Below are positions 1-8,109 of a DNA stretch of 45,187 bases, piece by piece. The notes beneath the pieces were generated by a model, which was not told the origin of the DNA, did no database searches, and saw only the letters and a program-made list of their open reading frames with translations. A program made the position numbers and the translations under genes. The stretch spans positions 1 to 45,187 of the forward strand of contig JALOBF010000002.1 of the NCBI GenBank assembly GCA_023228385.1. Direction: 5' to 3'. How positions within the stretch are numbered: position 1 is the first letter of the stretch; each line of letters opens with the position of its first letter. The DNA comes from Bacilli bacterium. GTDB lineage: Bacteria; Bacillota_I; Bacilli_A; ML615J-28; CAG-698.

Positions 1-1
1 C

Positions 2-241
2 CTATATGCAAATGCTATTTCACTAGTTGAAGCCGAATATTTTGCCCTGCTTGAACTAGACGGATATACAATCACCTTTAATTCGAATAATCCTGATTAT
101 GTTGATAATTACGGCCGAATTATTAAACTTGATGTGGCTCCAAAACGGGTTGGTTATATGGTTACTGTATCTGATGGTAAAGGATATAACGAATCCGTGT
201 TTCTTTATTCTGACTTGCCGGCTAAACCGTCAGAAAAATAA
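2..241 (+). CDS. 3' end (79 codons) of an upstream gene of unknown function, truncated by the window edge
   Basis: Frame 2 is open from the window edge to TAA at 239-241 (...VTVSDGKGYNESVFLYSDLPAKPSEK*). No family recognised by eye. The 99..293 track ORF is in another frame and looks spurious. Confidence 0.45.
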   Translation, partial: LYANAISLVEAEYFALLELDGYTITFNSNNPDYVDNYGRIIKLDVAPKRVGYMVTVSDGKGYNESVFLYSDLPAKPSEK

Positions 242-248
242 AACTTCG

Positions 249-277
249 TTGACATCGTTTTTTAATCATGATATAAT
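249..277 (+). promoter_or_regulatory. Sigma-A promoter of the rimP-nusA-infB operon
   Basis: Exact TTGACA (249-254), 17-nt spacer, exact TATAAT (272-277), about 70 nt upstream of the rimP ATG. Confidence 0.6.
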
Positions 278-297
278 AGACAGTAGGGTGTAAAATT

Positions 298-322
298 AAG
301 GAGTGAGTTTATCTCACTCCTT
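298..322 (+). promoter_or_regulatory. Leader stem-loop (candidate attenuator or 5' stabiliser) ahead of rimP
   Basis: Perfect 10-bp stem AAGGAGTGAG (298-307) / CTCACTCCTT (313-322), loop TTTAT, followed only by TAAAC (no real U-tract). Confidence 0.4.
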
Positions 323-347
323 TAAACAATAGGTATGGAGCATTATA

Positions 348-809
348 ATGAATAAGAAAATAAAAAAAATTGAAGAAATTGCGCGAATTTGTGCTCAAAA
401 ATCAGATATTGAAATTGTTAGTGTAGAGTTTGTAAAAGAACAGAGCATGAAAATATTAAGGGTTATCGCCCGAAAAAAACCAGCCTTAACAATCGAAGAT
501 TCTGCTTATTTAAACAAGTTAATTAGTGATGAATTGGATAAATATGATTTTATTGATGAACAATATTATTTAGAAGTTTCTTCGGAAGGTTTGGAAAGAG
601 AGTTAAAAACGGATATGGATATAAAGAATTCTATCGGTGAATATATTTGTATTAGGGGGTATAAAAGAATTGACGGTAAAAAAGAGTTTTTTGGGAACCT
701 GATTAGTTTTTCGAACGATGAATTAACAATTTATCTTTCGGATCAAAAACGTAAAATAACCATCAATAGAAATGAAATAAGTAAAATTAGATTAGCAGTT
801 AGATTTTAG
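348..809 (+). CDS. rimP: Ribosome maturation factor RimP
   Basis: 153 aa. YLEVSSEGLEREL matches the RimP LEVSSPG-type motif. Lies immediately upstream of nusA as in most bacteria. GGAG 8 nt before the ATG. Confidence 0.9.
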   Translation: MNKKIKKIEEIARICAQKSDIEIVSVEFVKEQSMKILRVIARKKPALTIEDSAYLNKLISDELDKYDFIDEQYYLEVSSEGLERELKTDMDIKNSIGEYICIRGYKRIDGKKEFFGNLISFSNDELTIYLSDQKRKITINRNEISKIRLAVRF

Positions 810-817
810 GAGGTAAA

Positions 818-1903
818 ATGATTAGTAAAAATTTTTTTGATTCATTAGAAACAATTGCCATGGAAAGAGGATTAACTATTGAAGATGTCTTGTCGAAAGT
901 TGAAACCGCAATATCGGTTTCAAGCCGTAATGCTGGTTATTCGGGGGATATAAAAACTGAATGGGATTTTGAAAAAAAGAAAATAAAAGTGTTAGAATAC
1001 AAATATGTTGTTGATGAGATTGATTCAAATGGACCGCCGCGGGGACAAATATTACTTGAAGAAGCGATAAAAATAAAACCGAAAGTTAAAGTCGGAAGTG
1101 AAATAAAAACAGAAATCAATTTAAACAGTTTTAGTCGGAAAGCCGCTTCAATATTCAAACAAAGTTTACTTAGCGGCTTAAAAGAACTGGAGCGAGAATA
1201 TGCACATGAATTCTTTTATGATAAAGTAGATGAGGTAATTAACGCAACCGTTATTGATTATAATAATGGCTTTGTTATGTTTCATATTGGTAAAAATACA
1301 GTAGCAACAATGCCGGATAAAGAAGGATTACCGGGAGAGAGCTTTAATGTTGGTGAAGTAAAAAAAGTATATATCACCAAAGTTGAAAAAACAACGAAAG
1401 GCCCTAAGGTTTATTTGACGCGAACTAACCGGGAAATTGTTAAAAGATTATTTGAGACGATTATTCCAGAAATACATGATGGTTCAATTGAAATAATGGG
1501 AATTGCCCGTGATCCCGGTGATCGTACCAAAATCGGCGTCATGTCTTTAAAAGATAACATCGATCCAAAAGGTGCATGTGTCGGCCAGGGCGGATTAAGG
1601 ATTAAGGAAATAAACCGCCTGTTAAACAATGAAAAAATTGATATTTTTACCTGGAAAGATAATCCTGTTGATTTAATTGCGGAAGCCCTACTTCCGGCGC
1701 AGTCATTAAGCGTAATTACTAATGAAAAAAAGAAACAAGCAACTGTGATTGTAAATGATGATCAATATTCTCTTGCAATTGGCAGAAAAGGACAAAACGC
1801 TCGATTGGCTGCTTATGCAATTGGCTGGAGAATCGATATTAAAAAACTATCTGAAGCGACAAAGGAAGGAATTGAATTTAATTATAACGTCAAAAGAAAT
1901 TAG
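818..1903 (+). CDS. nusA: Transcription termination/antitermination factor NusA
   Basis: 361 aa. S1 plus two KH regions (ACVGQGGLRIKEI, IGRKGQNARLAA). Conserved rimP-nusA-ylxR order. Confidence 0.95.
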   Translation: MISKNFFDSLETIAMERGLTIEDVLSKVETAISVSSRNAGYSGDIKTEWDFEKKKIKVLEYKYVVDEIDSNGPPRGQILLEEAIKIKPKVKVGSEIKTEINLNSFSRKAASIFKQSLLSGLKELEREYAHEFFYDKVDEVINATVIDYNNGFVMFHIGKNTVATMPDKEGLPGESFNVGEVKKVYITKVEKTTKGPKVYLTRTNREIVKRLFETIIPEIHDGSIEIMGIARDPGDRTKIGVMSLKDNIDPKGACVGQGGLRIKEINRLLNNEKIDIFTWKDNPVDLIAEALLPAQSLSVITNEKKKQATVIVNDDQYSLAIGRKGQNARLAAYAIGWRIDIKKLSEATKEGIEFNYNVKRN

Positions 1904-1914
1904 GTGTTATCAAA

Positions 1915-2193
1915 ATGAAAAAAAAGAAAACTCCAATGAGACAATGCGTAGTTACAAATATTCACTTTCCTAAAAAAGAGATGTTTAGAATTGTCAGAAC
2001 AAGCGATGGTAGAGTTGAAGTCGATTTGACGGGAAAAACACGCGGTCGTGGCGCTTATTTAAGCAAGCAAAAAGACACAATTCAAAAAGCGATAAAAACA
2101 AAAATATTAGATAAGCATTTGGGAATAGCAATACCCTTAAAAATATATGACCAGTTAATGCAATTGTTGGTCGATGATAATGAACCGAGTTAA
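1915..2193 (+). CDS. ylxR: YlxR/RnpM family RNA-binding protein (DUF448)
   Basis: 92 aa. PMRQCVV...GKTRGRGAYL is the DUF448 signature. Located between nusA and the L7Ae-like gene. Confidence 0.85.
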   Translation: MKKKKTPMRQCVVTNIHFPKKEMFRIVRTSDGRVEVDLTGKTRGRGAYLSKQKDTIQKAIKTKILDKHLGIAIPLKIYDQLMQLLVDDNEPS

Positions 2194-2494
2194 GATTCTT
2201 AATTATTTAGGTCTTGCCCGGAGAGCTAATAAAGTGGTTGCCGGCAGCGATATGGTTTTAAGAATGATAAAACAAAGGAAAGCAAAAATTGTTTTTGTTG
2301 CGAATGATGCAGCTGCAAATACAATTAAAACATTTGAAAAAAAATGTTATTATTATAAAATATTATTTGTTAACGAATATACAAGTGATGAATTGTCTAG
2401 AGCAATTGGGAAGCCAATTTGTATGGTATTAGCAATTACCGATCAAGGTTTTTTTGATGCAATTAATGGGCAATCGAACGGAGGTATTAAATGA
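2174..2494 (+). CDS. ylxQ: L7Ae-family ribosomal-protein-like protein YlxQ
   Basis: About 105 aa with L7Ae-like core (ARRANKVVAGSDMVL...KIVFVANDAA). Start is ATG 2174 or 2180. Its stop overlaps the infB ATG (ATGA at 2491-2494). Confidence 0.8.
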   Translation: MIMNRVKILNYLGLARRANKVVAGSDMVLRMIKQRKAKIVFVANDAAANTIKTFEKKCYYYKILFVNEYTSDELSRAIGKPICMVLAITDQGFFDAINGQSNGGIK

Positions 2495-4788
2495 AAGTTA
2501 GAGAAATTTTAGATGTAATTCAAGTTCCGGAAGAGGAATTATTAACAAAACTGGAGAATGTTGGGATTGTGGCTGATCTTGAGACTGATATTACTACTGA
2601 TATTATAAAGAAATTAAGTAAAGTATATAAAATGGATATTAGAAGCGCTGCTCGAAAGCAAGCAGCTGCAAAAGAGCAGCCTGTTCCAGAAAAGAAAAAA
2701 GAAACTATTCCAAAAGAAGAAGTAACAAGTACTAAAGGAAAAGAGCCAGATAAGCCCAAACCTAAAGCTAAGAAACCGGTAAAGCCCAAACCAAAAAAGC
2801 CCGAAGCAGCAAAAACAACTCCACCGGTTAAACCAGTTAAGGAAAAAACTCAGCCCAGCAAAACGAAAAAACCGGATATCCCAGGTCAACCAGAAGAACC
2901 GGAAATTGAATTTACCAGAGTATATGACGATAAATATAATGATTATGAAAAAGAAACACGAGTTTATGTTCGATTAAAGAATGTAAAAAAACGCCAAAAG
3001 AAAATCAGCAACCGACAAACAAATGTTAATCTAAGGGGCGGGAATATTTTATATTATGTTCCCGGCATGACGGTAGCTCAGATAGCTGATAATCTAAAAG
3101 TCGGTGTTAGCGATGTGGTGCGGAAACTTATTATGTTTGGATATATGGTTAGTGCTTCGCAGGCGATTGACCGCGATATTGTAGAAATTTTAGCTGATGA
3201 ATTTAAATTTATTTTAAAGGATAAGGCTAATGAAGATATAACTAAATTTGAAAATATTAAAATTGATGATCCGGAAGAACTGTTGCAAGGAAGAGCTCCG
3301 ATTGTTACAATAATGGGACATGTTGACCATGGCAAAACCACTTTGCTTGATACAATTAGAAATTCCAATGTTGTATCAAACGAAGCAGGAGGAATAACTC
3401 AACATATCGGGGCATATCAAGTTAAGAAAAATGGTAAAAGCATAACTTTTATTGATACCCCAGGACATGCTGCTTTTACTGAAATGCGAGCACGCGGAGC
3501 AATGGTCACCGATATTGTTGTTTTAATTGTCGCCGCCGATGACGGGGTTATGCCTCAAACCAAAGAAGCAATTGATCATGCCAAATCGGCAAGGGTACCT
3601 ATTATCGTAGCCGTCAACAAAATCGATAAGCCCAATGTAAATCCTGATCGTATTAAACAAGAACTCAGCAAATACGATTTGGTTCCTGAAGAATGGGGTG
3701 GCAATACAATCTATGTTAATATTTCTGCATTAACCGGGCAGGGTGTCGATGAATTATTGGAAATGATATCACTTACGGCTGAAATGGAAAATTATCGTGC
3801 CAATCCCAATCGTTTAGGAATGGGCACCGTAATCGAAGCTAAATTGGATCGGGGCCGCGGTTCGGTAGCTACTTTGTTGGTTAAGAACGGCTCGATTAAA
3901 ATCGGGGATCCAATTGTCGTCGGCAACACTTACGGAAAGATCAGAGCGATGCAAGATGAAACTAGGGCTCAAATTAAATCGGCCGGGCCTTCAAAAGCAG
4001 TAGAAATAACCGGACTAAACGGTGTTCCCCAAGCCGGCGATCAATTTATGGTATTTGAAGATGAAAAAACAGCTAGGTTAATTGCTGAAGAAAGAACACA
4101 ACGTGCTTTTGAAAAAGAAATGGGTGTTGGTAGACCGATTCAATTGGCAAATATATTTGATGATATCGATCAGACCGCTAAAGAACTTAACCTGATAATA
4201 AAGGGTGATGTTCACGGTTCAATCGAAGCCCTCCAAAATTCCTTGGAAAAACTGAATGTTGAAGGAATCAAAGTCAATGTTATTCGTTCCGGCGTTGGTG
4301 CCGTAACGGAAAATGATATTAATCTTGCCGTTGCTTCTCAAGCAATAATTGTTGCTTTTAACGTTCGTCCCATGGCTCAAATTAATGAATATGCTAAAGA
4401 AAAAGAGATTGAAATTAGACTATATAATGTCATATATAAATTACTAGAAGATATTGAAGCGGCATTAACAGGAATGCTTGAACCAATATATGAAGAAAAA
4501 ATTCTTGGTCAAGCCGAAGTTCGAGAAATCTTTAAAGCATCTAAGTTAGGAACGATTGCCGGCTGTTATATAACCGACGGATTGATAAACAGAAACGCCG
4601 ATGCTAGATTAATTCGTGATTCGATTGTTGTTTATGAAGGTAAAATTGCTTCATTACGTCGTTTTAAAGATGATGTTAAGGAAGTAAAAACCGGATACGA
4701 ATGCGGTATAACAATTGAAAACTTTAATGATATTAAAGTAGGAGACATTATTGAAGCTTATATAATGGAAAAAGTAAAGCGGGTGTAA
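2491..4788 (+). CDS. infB: Translation initiation factor IF-2
   Basis: 765 aa. GTPase motifs [21 protein letters not shown]. Lys/Pro-rich N-terminal linker. GGAGG SD. Confidence 0.97.
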   Translation: MKVREILDVIQVPEEELLTKLENVGIVADLETDITTDIIKKLSKVYKMDIRSAARKQAAAKEQPVPEKKKETIPKEEVTSTKGKEPDKPKPKAKKPVKPKPKKPEAAKTTPPVKPVKEKTQPSKTKKPDIPGQPEEPEIEFTRVYDDKYNDYEKETRVYVRLKNVKKRQKKISNRQTNVNLRGGNILYYVPGMTVAQIADNLKVGVSDVVRKLIMFGYMVSASQAIDRDIVEILADEFKFILKDKANEDITKFENIKIDDPEELLQGRAPIVTIMGHVDHGKTTLLDTIRNSNVVSNEAGGITQHIGAYQVKKNGKSITFIDTPGHAAFTEMRARGAMVTDIVVLIVAADDGVMPQTKEAIDHAKSARVPIIVAVNKIDKPNVNPDRIKQELSKYDLVPEEWGGNTIYVNISALTGQGVDELLEMISLTAEMENYRANPNRLGMGTVIEAKLDRGRGSVATLLVKNGSIKIGDPIVVGNTYGKIRAMQDETRAQIKSAGPSKAVEITGLNGVPQAGDQFMVFEDEKTARLIAEERTQRAFEKEMGVGRPIQLANIFDDIDQTAKELNLIIKGDVHGSIEALQNSLEKLNVEGIKVNVIRSGVGAVTENDINLAVASQAIIVAFNVRPMAQINEYAKEKEIEIRLYNVIYKLLEDIEAALTGMLEPIYEEKILGQAEVREIFKASKLGTIAGCYITDGLINRNADARLIRDSIVVYEGKIASLRRFKDDVKEVKTGYECGITIENFNDIKVGDIIEAYIMEKVKRV

Positions 4789-4790
4789 TT

Positions 4791-5132
4791 ATGGGTTTTA
4801 AACAGGAAAGATTGGAAAAAATCATTGAAAGAGAAATCGGAAGAATAATAATATCAGAAGTAAAAGATGAAAGACTTAAATTCGTTACCATTACAAAAGT
4901 TTCATTGACTAATGATTATTCATTCGCCACTATTTATTATCGTGTTTTGGGGAATGAAAATCAAATCGAGACGACTTCGCGAACACTTGAAGAGGCGAAA
5001 GGTTACATAAAAACGATTTTAAGTAAAACGCTTAAAATCAGGAAAGTACCGGAATTGCGTTTTAAATATGATGATTCGTTGGAATATGGCGACCGAATAG
5101 AAAAAATATTAAAAGATTTAGACGACCACTAA
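4791..5132 (+). CDS. rbfA: Ribosome-binding factor A
   Basis: 113 aa directly after infB. RLKFVTITKVSLTNDYSFATIYY fits the RbfA KH-like core. Confidence 0.9.
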   Translation: MGFKQERLEKIIEREIGRIIISEVKDERLKFVTITKVSLTNDYSFATIYYRVLGNENQIETTSRTLEEAKGYIKTILSKTLKIRKVPELRFKYDDSLEYGDRIEKILKDLDDH

Positions 5133-5157
5133 AAATAAGGGTTTTTTGAGGTAGCCT

Positions 5158-6894
5158 ATGGATATAAAAGATAAATTGAAAGATATTCCCAAAAAACCCG
5201 GTTGCTATATTATGTACAATAAAGAGCGGGAAGTTATTTACGTCGGAAAGGCAAAAAACCTTTCTAATCGAATTAAATCATATTTTACTGGTGTTCATGA
5301 CGCTAAAACAACCATAATGGTGGAAAATATTGATGGTTTCGAATATATAATAACGTCGACAGAAACAGAAGCTTTTATTTTGGAAATGAATTTAATTAAA
5401 AAACATAACCCGAAATACAACATAATTTTCACTGATGATAAAAAATATCCTTATATTTACATTGGCAACGAAAAATATCCACGCCTTTATTATACTAGAG
5501 ATATAAATAAAAAGGGGAAATATTTCGGTCCATATCCTCATGCGAATGCGGCTAAAGAAATTGTTGAATTGTTTAATCGAATTTATCCATTTCGAAAATG
5601 CCGCATTATTCCTAAAAAAGAATGTCTTTATTATCATTTAGGTCAATGCCTTGCTCCTTGTATCAAATATATACCAGCAGAAGAATATAAAGCATTTTTA
5701 GATGAAGCCATTATATTTTTAAATGGCAGCACTAAAGAATTACAACAAAGCCTTGAAATAAAAATGATTCAAGCTGCTGATAATTTACAATATGAAAAAG
5801 CATTAGAATACCGGGAACTGCTCGATAATTTAAAAACCATATCAGAAAAACAAAAAATGGAACTTGATATTGAAGATACCGATATCTTTTCTTATTATTC
5901 TAATCAAAAATATATTGGGATTCAGGTGTTTCATGTCCGTGGGCAAAAAACCGTGGCCAGCGATGATTATTTATTTGAAGTTATGGGGATAGCAGAAGAA
6001 ATGTTTATTAACTTTATCGGACAGTTTTATATAACTCACAACAACCCCATTCCCCGTGTGATTCTTTTACCACCGGTTGATGTTTCTATAATCGATGAGA
6101 AAATTAGAAACCGCATTATTATTCCAAAACGCGGTCAAAAGAAAAAATATGTTGATTTAGTTACGGAAAATGCTCAAGAAAAATTAGTTCATATGATAAA
6201 AATCGAAAAAAACAAGCACGAAAAAACACTCGGCGCTGTTTTTGCCTTGGGTGAATTTCTTGACATTGTGCCACCGCGATATATTGAAGCTTTTGATGTG
6301 TCTAATATTCAAGGTGCATATTCAGTCGGTGCAATGGTTGTTTATATAGATGGTGTACCGTCCCGAAAAAAATATCGAAAGTATAAAATTAAAACAGTAA
6401 TCGGAGCCAATGATGCTGATTCGATTTATGAAATTGTTTTGAGAAGATATAAACGCTTAAAAGATCAAAATTATGTTATGCCGGATTTAATCGTTATAGA
6501 TGGCGGTAAGCCTCAGGTCGACAGCGCTGAAAGAGCCTTGAGTAGTTTGGATATAAAGATTGAAGTTTTAGGTTTAGGCAAAGACGATTATCATCGAACC
6601 TCGTATCTCTTTTTTAAAAACAAACAAATTGATATTAATAAAAAAACCAATATGTTTTTCTTTTTGGAAAATTTGCAGGACGAAGTTCATCGGTTTGCGG
6701 TTACCTTTTATCGCCAAACCCACACGCGTGAAGTTTTGACTTCAAAATTGGATCAAATTAAAGGTATCGGTAAAATAAAGAAAAAACAGATAATCGAAAT
6801 ACTTAAAAAAACTGATTATCGGGATTTTGAGAATAAATTAAGAGAAATAAAGTTAACTGATGAACAAATAAATGAAATAAAAAAAGTAGTGTAG
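5158..6894 (+). CDS. uvrC: Excinuclease ABC subunit C
   Basis: 578 aa. N-terminal GIY-YIG (PGCYIMYNKEREVIYVGKAKNLSNRIKSYF), UVR region, C-terminal HhH (IKGIGKIKKKQI). Confidence 0.95.
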   Translation: MDIKDKLKDIPKKPGCYIMYNKEREVIYVGKAKNLSNRIKSYFTGVHDAKTTIMVENIDGFEYIITSTETEAFILEMNLIKKHNPKYNIIFTDDKKYPYIYIGNEKYPRLYYTRDINKKGKYFGPYPHANAAKEIVELFNRIYPFRKCRIIPKKECLYYHLGQCLAPCIKYIPAEEYKAFLDEAIIFLNGSTKELQQSLEIKMIQAADNLQYEKALEYRELLDNLKTISEKQKMELDIEDTDIFSYYSNQKYIGIQVFHVRGQKTVASDDYLFEVMGIAEEMFINFIGQFYITHNNPIPRVILLPPVDVSIIDEKIRNRIIIPKRGQKKKYVDLVTENAQEKLVHMIKIEKNKHEKTLGAVFALGEFLDIVPPRYIEAFDVSNIQGAYSVGAMVVYIDGVPSRKKYRKYKIKTVIGANDADSIYEIVLRRYKRLKDQNYVMPDLIVIDGGKPQVDSAERALSSLDIKIEVLGLGKDDYHRTSYLFFKNKQIDINKKTNMFFFLENLQDEVHRFAVTFYRQTHTREVLTSKLDQIKGIGKIKKKQIIEILKKTDYRDFENKLREIKLTDEQINEIKKVV

Positions 6895-6896
6895 TG

Positions 6897-6923
6897 ACCT
6901 CCTATATTTCTTTGCATATTATA
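6897..6923 (+). promoter_or_regulatory. Candidate sigma-K-type promoter for gerE
   Basis: AC (6897-6898), 16 nt, CATATTATA (6915-6923), matching the B. subtilis sigma-K consensus AC-N16/17-CATAnnnTA. About 27 nt upstream of the gerE ATG. No good sigma-A -35/-10 pair here. Confidence 0.35.
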
Positions 6924-6943
6924 ATAATGGATAATATAGGAGG
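6898..6943 (+). promoter_or_regulatory. 11-bp perfect inverted repeat whose 3' arm contains the gerE Shine-Dalgarno
   Basis: CCTCCTATATT (6898-6908) pairs with AATATAGGAGG (6933-6943), 24-nt loop. GGAGG at 6939-6943 is the gerE SD (ATG 6950). No U-tract, so it is not a classical terminator. Confidence 0.6.
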
Positions 6944-6949
6944 GATAGC

Positions 6950-7168
6950 ATGTATACACAAAAATTTCTAACAAACCGGGAAAGAGAAATATTTAAGTTA
7001 CTGATTGCCAATTATGATACGACAGAAATTGCCGAAAAACTAAAAATCAGTGAAAAAACCGTTAGAAACCATATATCCAACGTCATTCAAAAATTGGGCG
7101 TTAAAGGCCGTAGTCAAGCTATATTGGAATTAATCCGGATTAAAGAATTATCGCTTGATAATAAATAA
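6950..7168 (+). CDS. gerE: Stand-alone LuxR-type HTH regulator, GerE (late mother-cell sporulation regulator)
   Basis: 72 aa with no receiver domain. TNREREIFKLL...ISEKTVRNHISNVIQKLGVKGRSQAILELIR is nearly colinear with B. subtilis GerE as I recall it (TKREREVFELL...ISEKTVRNHISNAMQKLGVKGRSQAVVELLR). Confidence 0.85.
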   Translation: MYTQKFLTNREREIFKLLIANYDTTEIAEKLKISEKTVRNHISNVIQKLGVKGRSQAILELIRIKELSLDNK

Positions 7169-7181
7169 CGAAAGGATCAGC

Positions 7182-8036
7182 ATGAAAGTTTACGGTAAAA
7201 TAGTCAAAACACTCCCCAAAGAACGAATTATAAAAGTGCAAGGTAAAGATAAAATCCATTATTTTTATATGTCAAGGAAACTTTTTAAAGATTTCGGGCC
7301 CTATTTTTATTATAATCCATATGTTTTCGTTAACGCATCCATTGAAAAAAAACAATATGGTAATTATCATTGTCATGAAATTAATTTTTTTAACAAAATT
7401 GTTCAAAGCACTAAAAAAGAAAAAATCGTTTATTATAATCTTTCCACAATTAGAAAAGGAGTTAAGAATTTACTGCTGAGTACAAAAAACAAGATGTTTT
7501 TGGATTTGGAGTATTCCCTGCCTTCTTATTATCAGACGATGACTCATGTTGCAGAAATTATTCAATATGGGATTGTTGTGGAGGATGAATCCGGAAATAT
7601 CATATTCGAAGATGGAGCTTTGGTAAAACCGCAAAGAAAATATTCTCTAAATAAAAGGACGTTGCGATTCATTGGCAAGAAGCAAGAAGATTTCAATAAT
7701 GCTTGTAAATATAATGAGTTTTATCATTTGATCAAGTGGTGTATAGATAAATACGATATAAAAATTATCGCTTGGGGTCGGAATGATATTTTGGCTTTAG
7801 AAAATTCATTTGCGTTAAACCGTCTTGATGATTTGGAAATAAGAAATCGTTATATTAATTTAATGCAGGTAATAAAAAACTATTATAATTTTAAGATTGA
7901 TTTGGGATTGTTCAACACTTATCGGGAAATAAGCGGTTTAGAAATGGAAGCTCAACGGCATGACGCTTTGGAAGATGCACTGATAGTTAGGGAAATATAT
8001 CGGATTTTTAAACATAAAGTATTAAATGAACAATGA
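7182..8036 (+). CDS. DEDDh 3'-5' exonuclease (KapD/ERI-like) with an unassigned ~115-aa N-terminal domain
   Basis: ATG 7182 preceded by AAAGGA (the track ORF starts upstream at 7155 with no SD). Exo motifs FLDLEYS (DxE) and HDALEDA (H-x4-D). N-terminal region (MKVYGKIVKTLPKERIIKVQGKD...) not recognised. 13 nt after the gerE stop, with no terminator between. Confidence 0.7.
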   Translation: MKVYGKIVKTLPKERIIKVQGKDKIHYFYMSRKLFKDFGPYFYYNPYVFVNASIEKKQYGNYHCHEINFFNKIVQSTKKEKIVYYNLSTIRKGVKNLLLSTKNKMFLDLEYSLPSYYQTMTHVAEIIQYGIVVEDESGNIIFEDGALVKPQRKYSLNKRTLRFIGKKQEDFNNACKYNEFYHLIKWCIDKYDIKIIAWGRNDILALENSFALNRLDDLEIRNRYINLMQVIKNYYNFKIDLGLFNTYREISGLEMEAQRHDALEDALIVREIYRIFKHKVLNEQ

Positions 8037-8078
8037 CGGAGCAACGACGTTTACCGTATTTTTTTACTATGAAAAATT

Positions 8079-8109
8079 AAAGTCAAGTTTATGCAACTTG
8101 ACTTTTTTT
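8079..8109. terminator. Bidirectional rho-independent terminator (exonuclease / RNase J)
   Basis: 11-bp stem AAAGTCAAGTT (8079-8089) / AACTTGACTTT (8095-8105), loop TATGC, T-run to 8109, A/T run on the other side. The RNase J stop (8108-8110) abuts it. Confidence 0.75.

Noticed and set aside
99-293. 64-aa plus-strand ORF at the window start
   Set aside because: It overlaps, out of frame, the longer open frame that runs off the 5' edge, and it runs through the consensus rimP promoter. No SD.
937-1629. Minus-strand track ORFs 937..1158 and 1411..1629 inside nusA
   Set aside because: They are antisense shadows of a well-supported gene in AT-rich DNA. They have no SD, no recognisable motifs and low-complexity translations.
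2520-2889. Two minus-strand ORFs (89 and 91 aa) and apparent nucleotide repeats in the 5' part of infB
   Set aside because: They lie antisense to the Lys/Pro-rich linker of IF-2 (AAG/CCN repeats), which trivially keeps other frames open. The repetitiveness is low-complexity coding sequence, not a repeat element.
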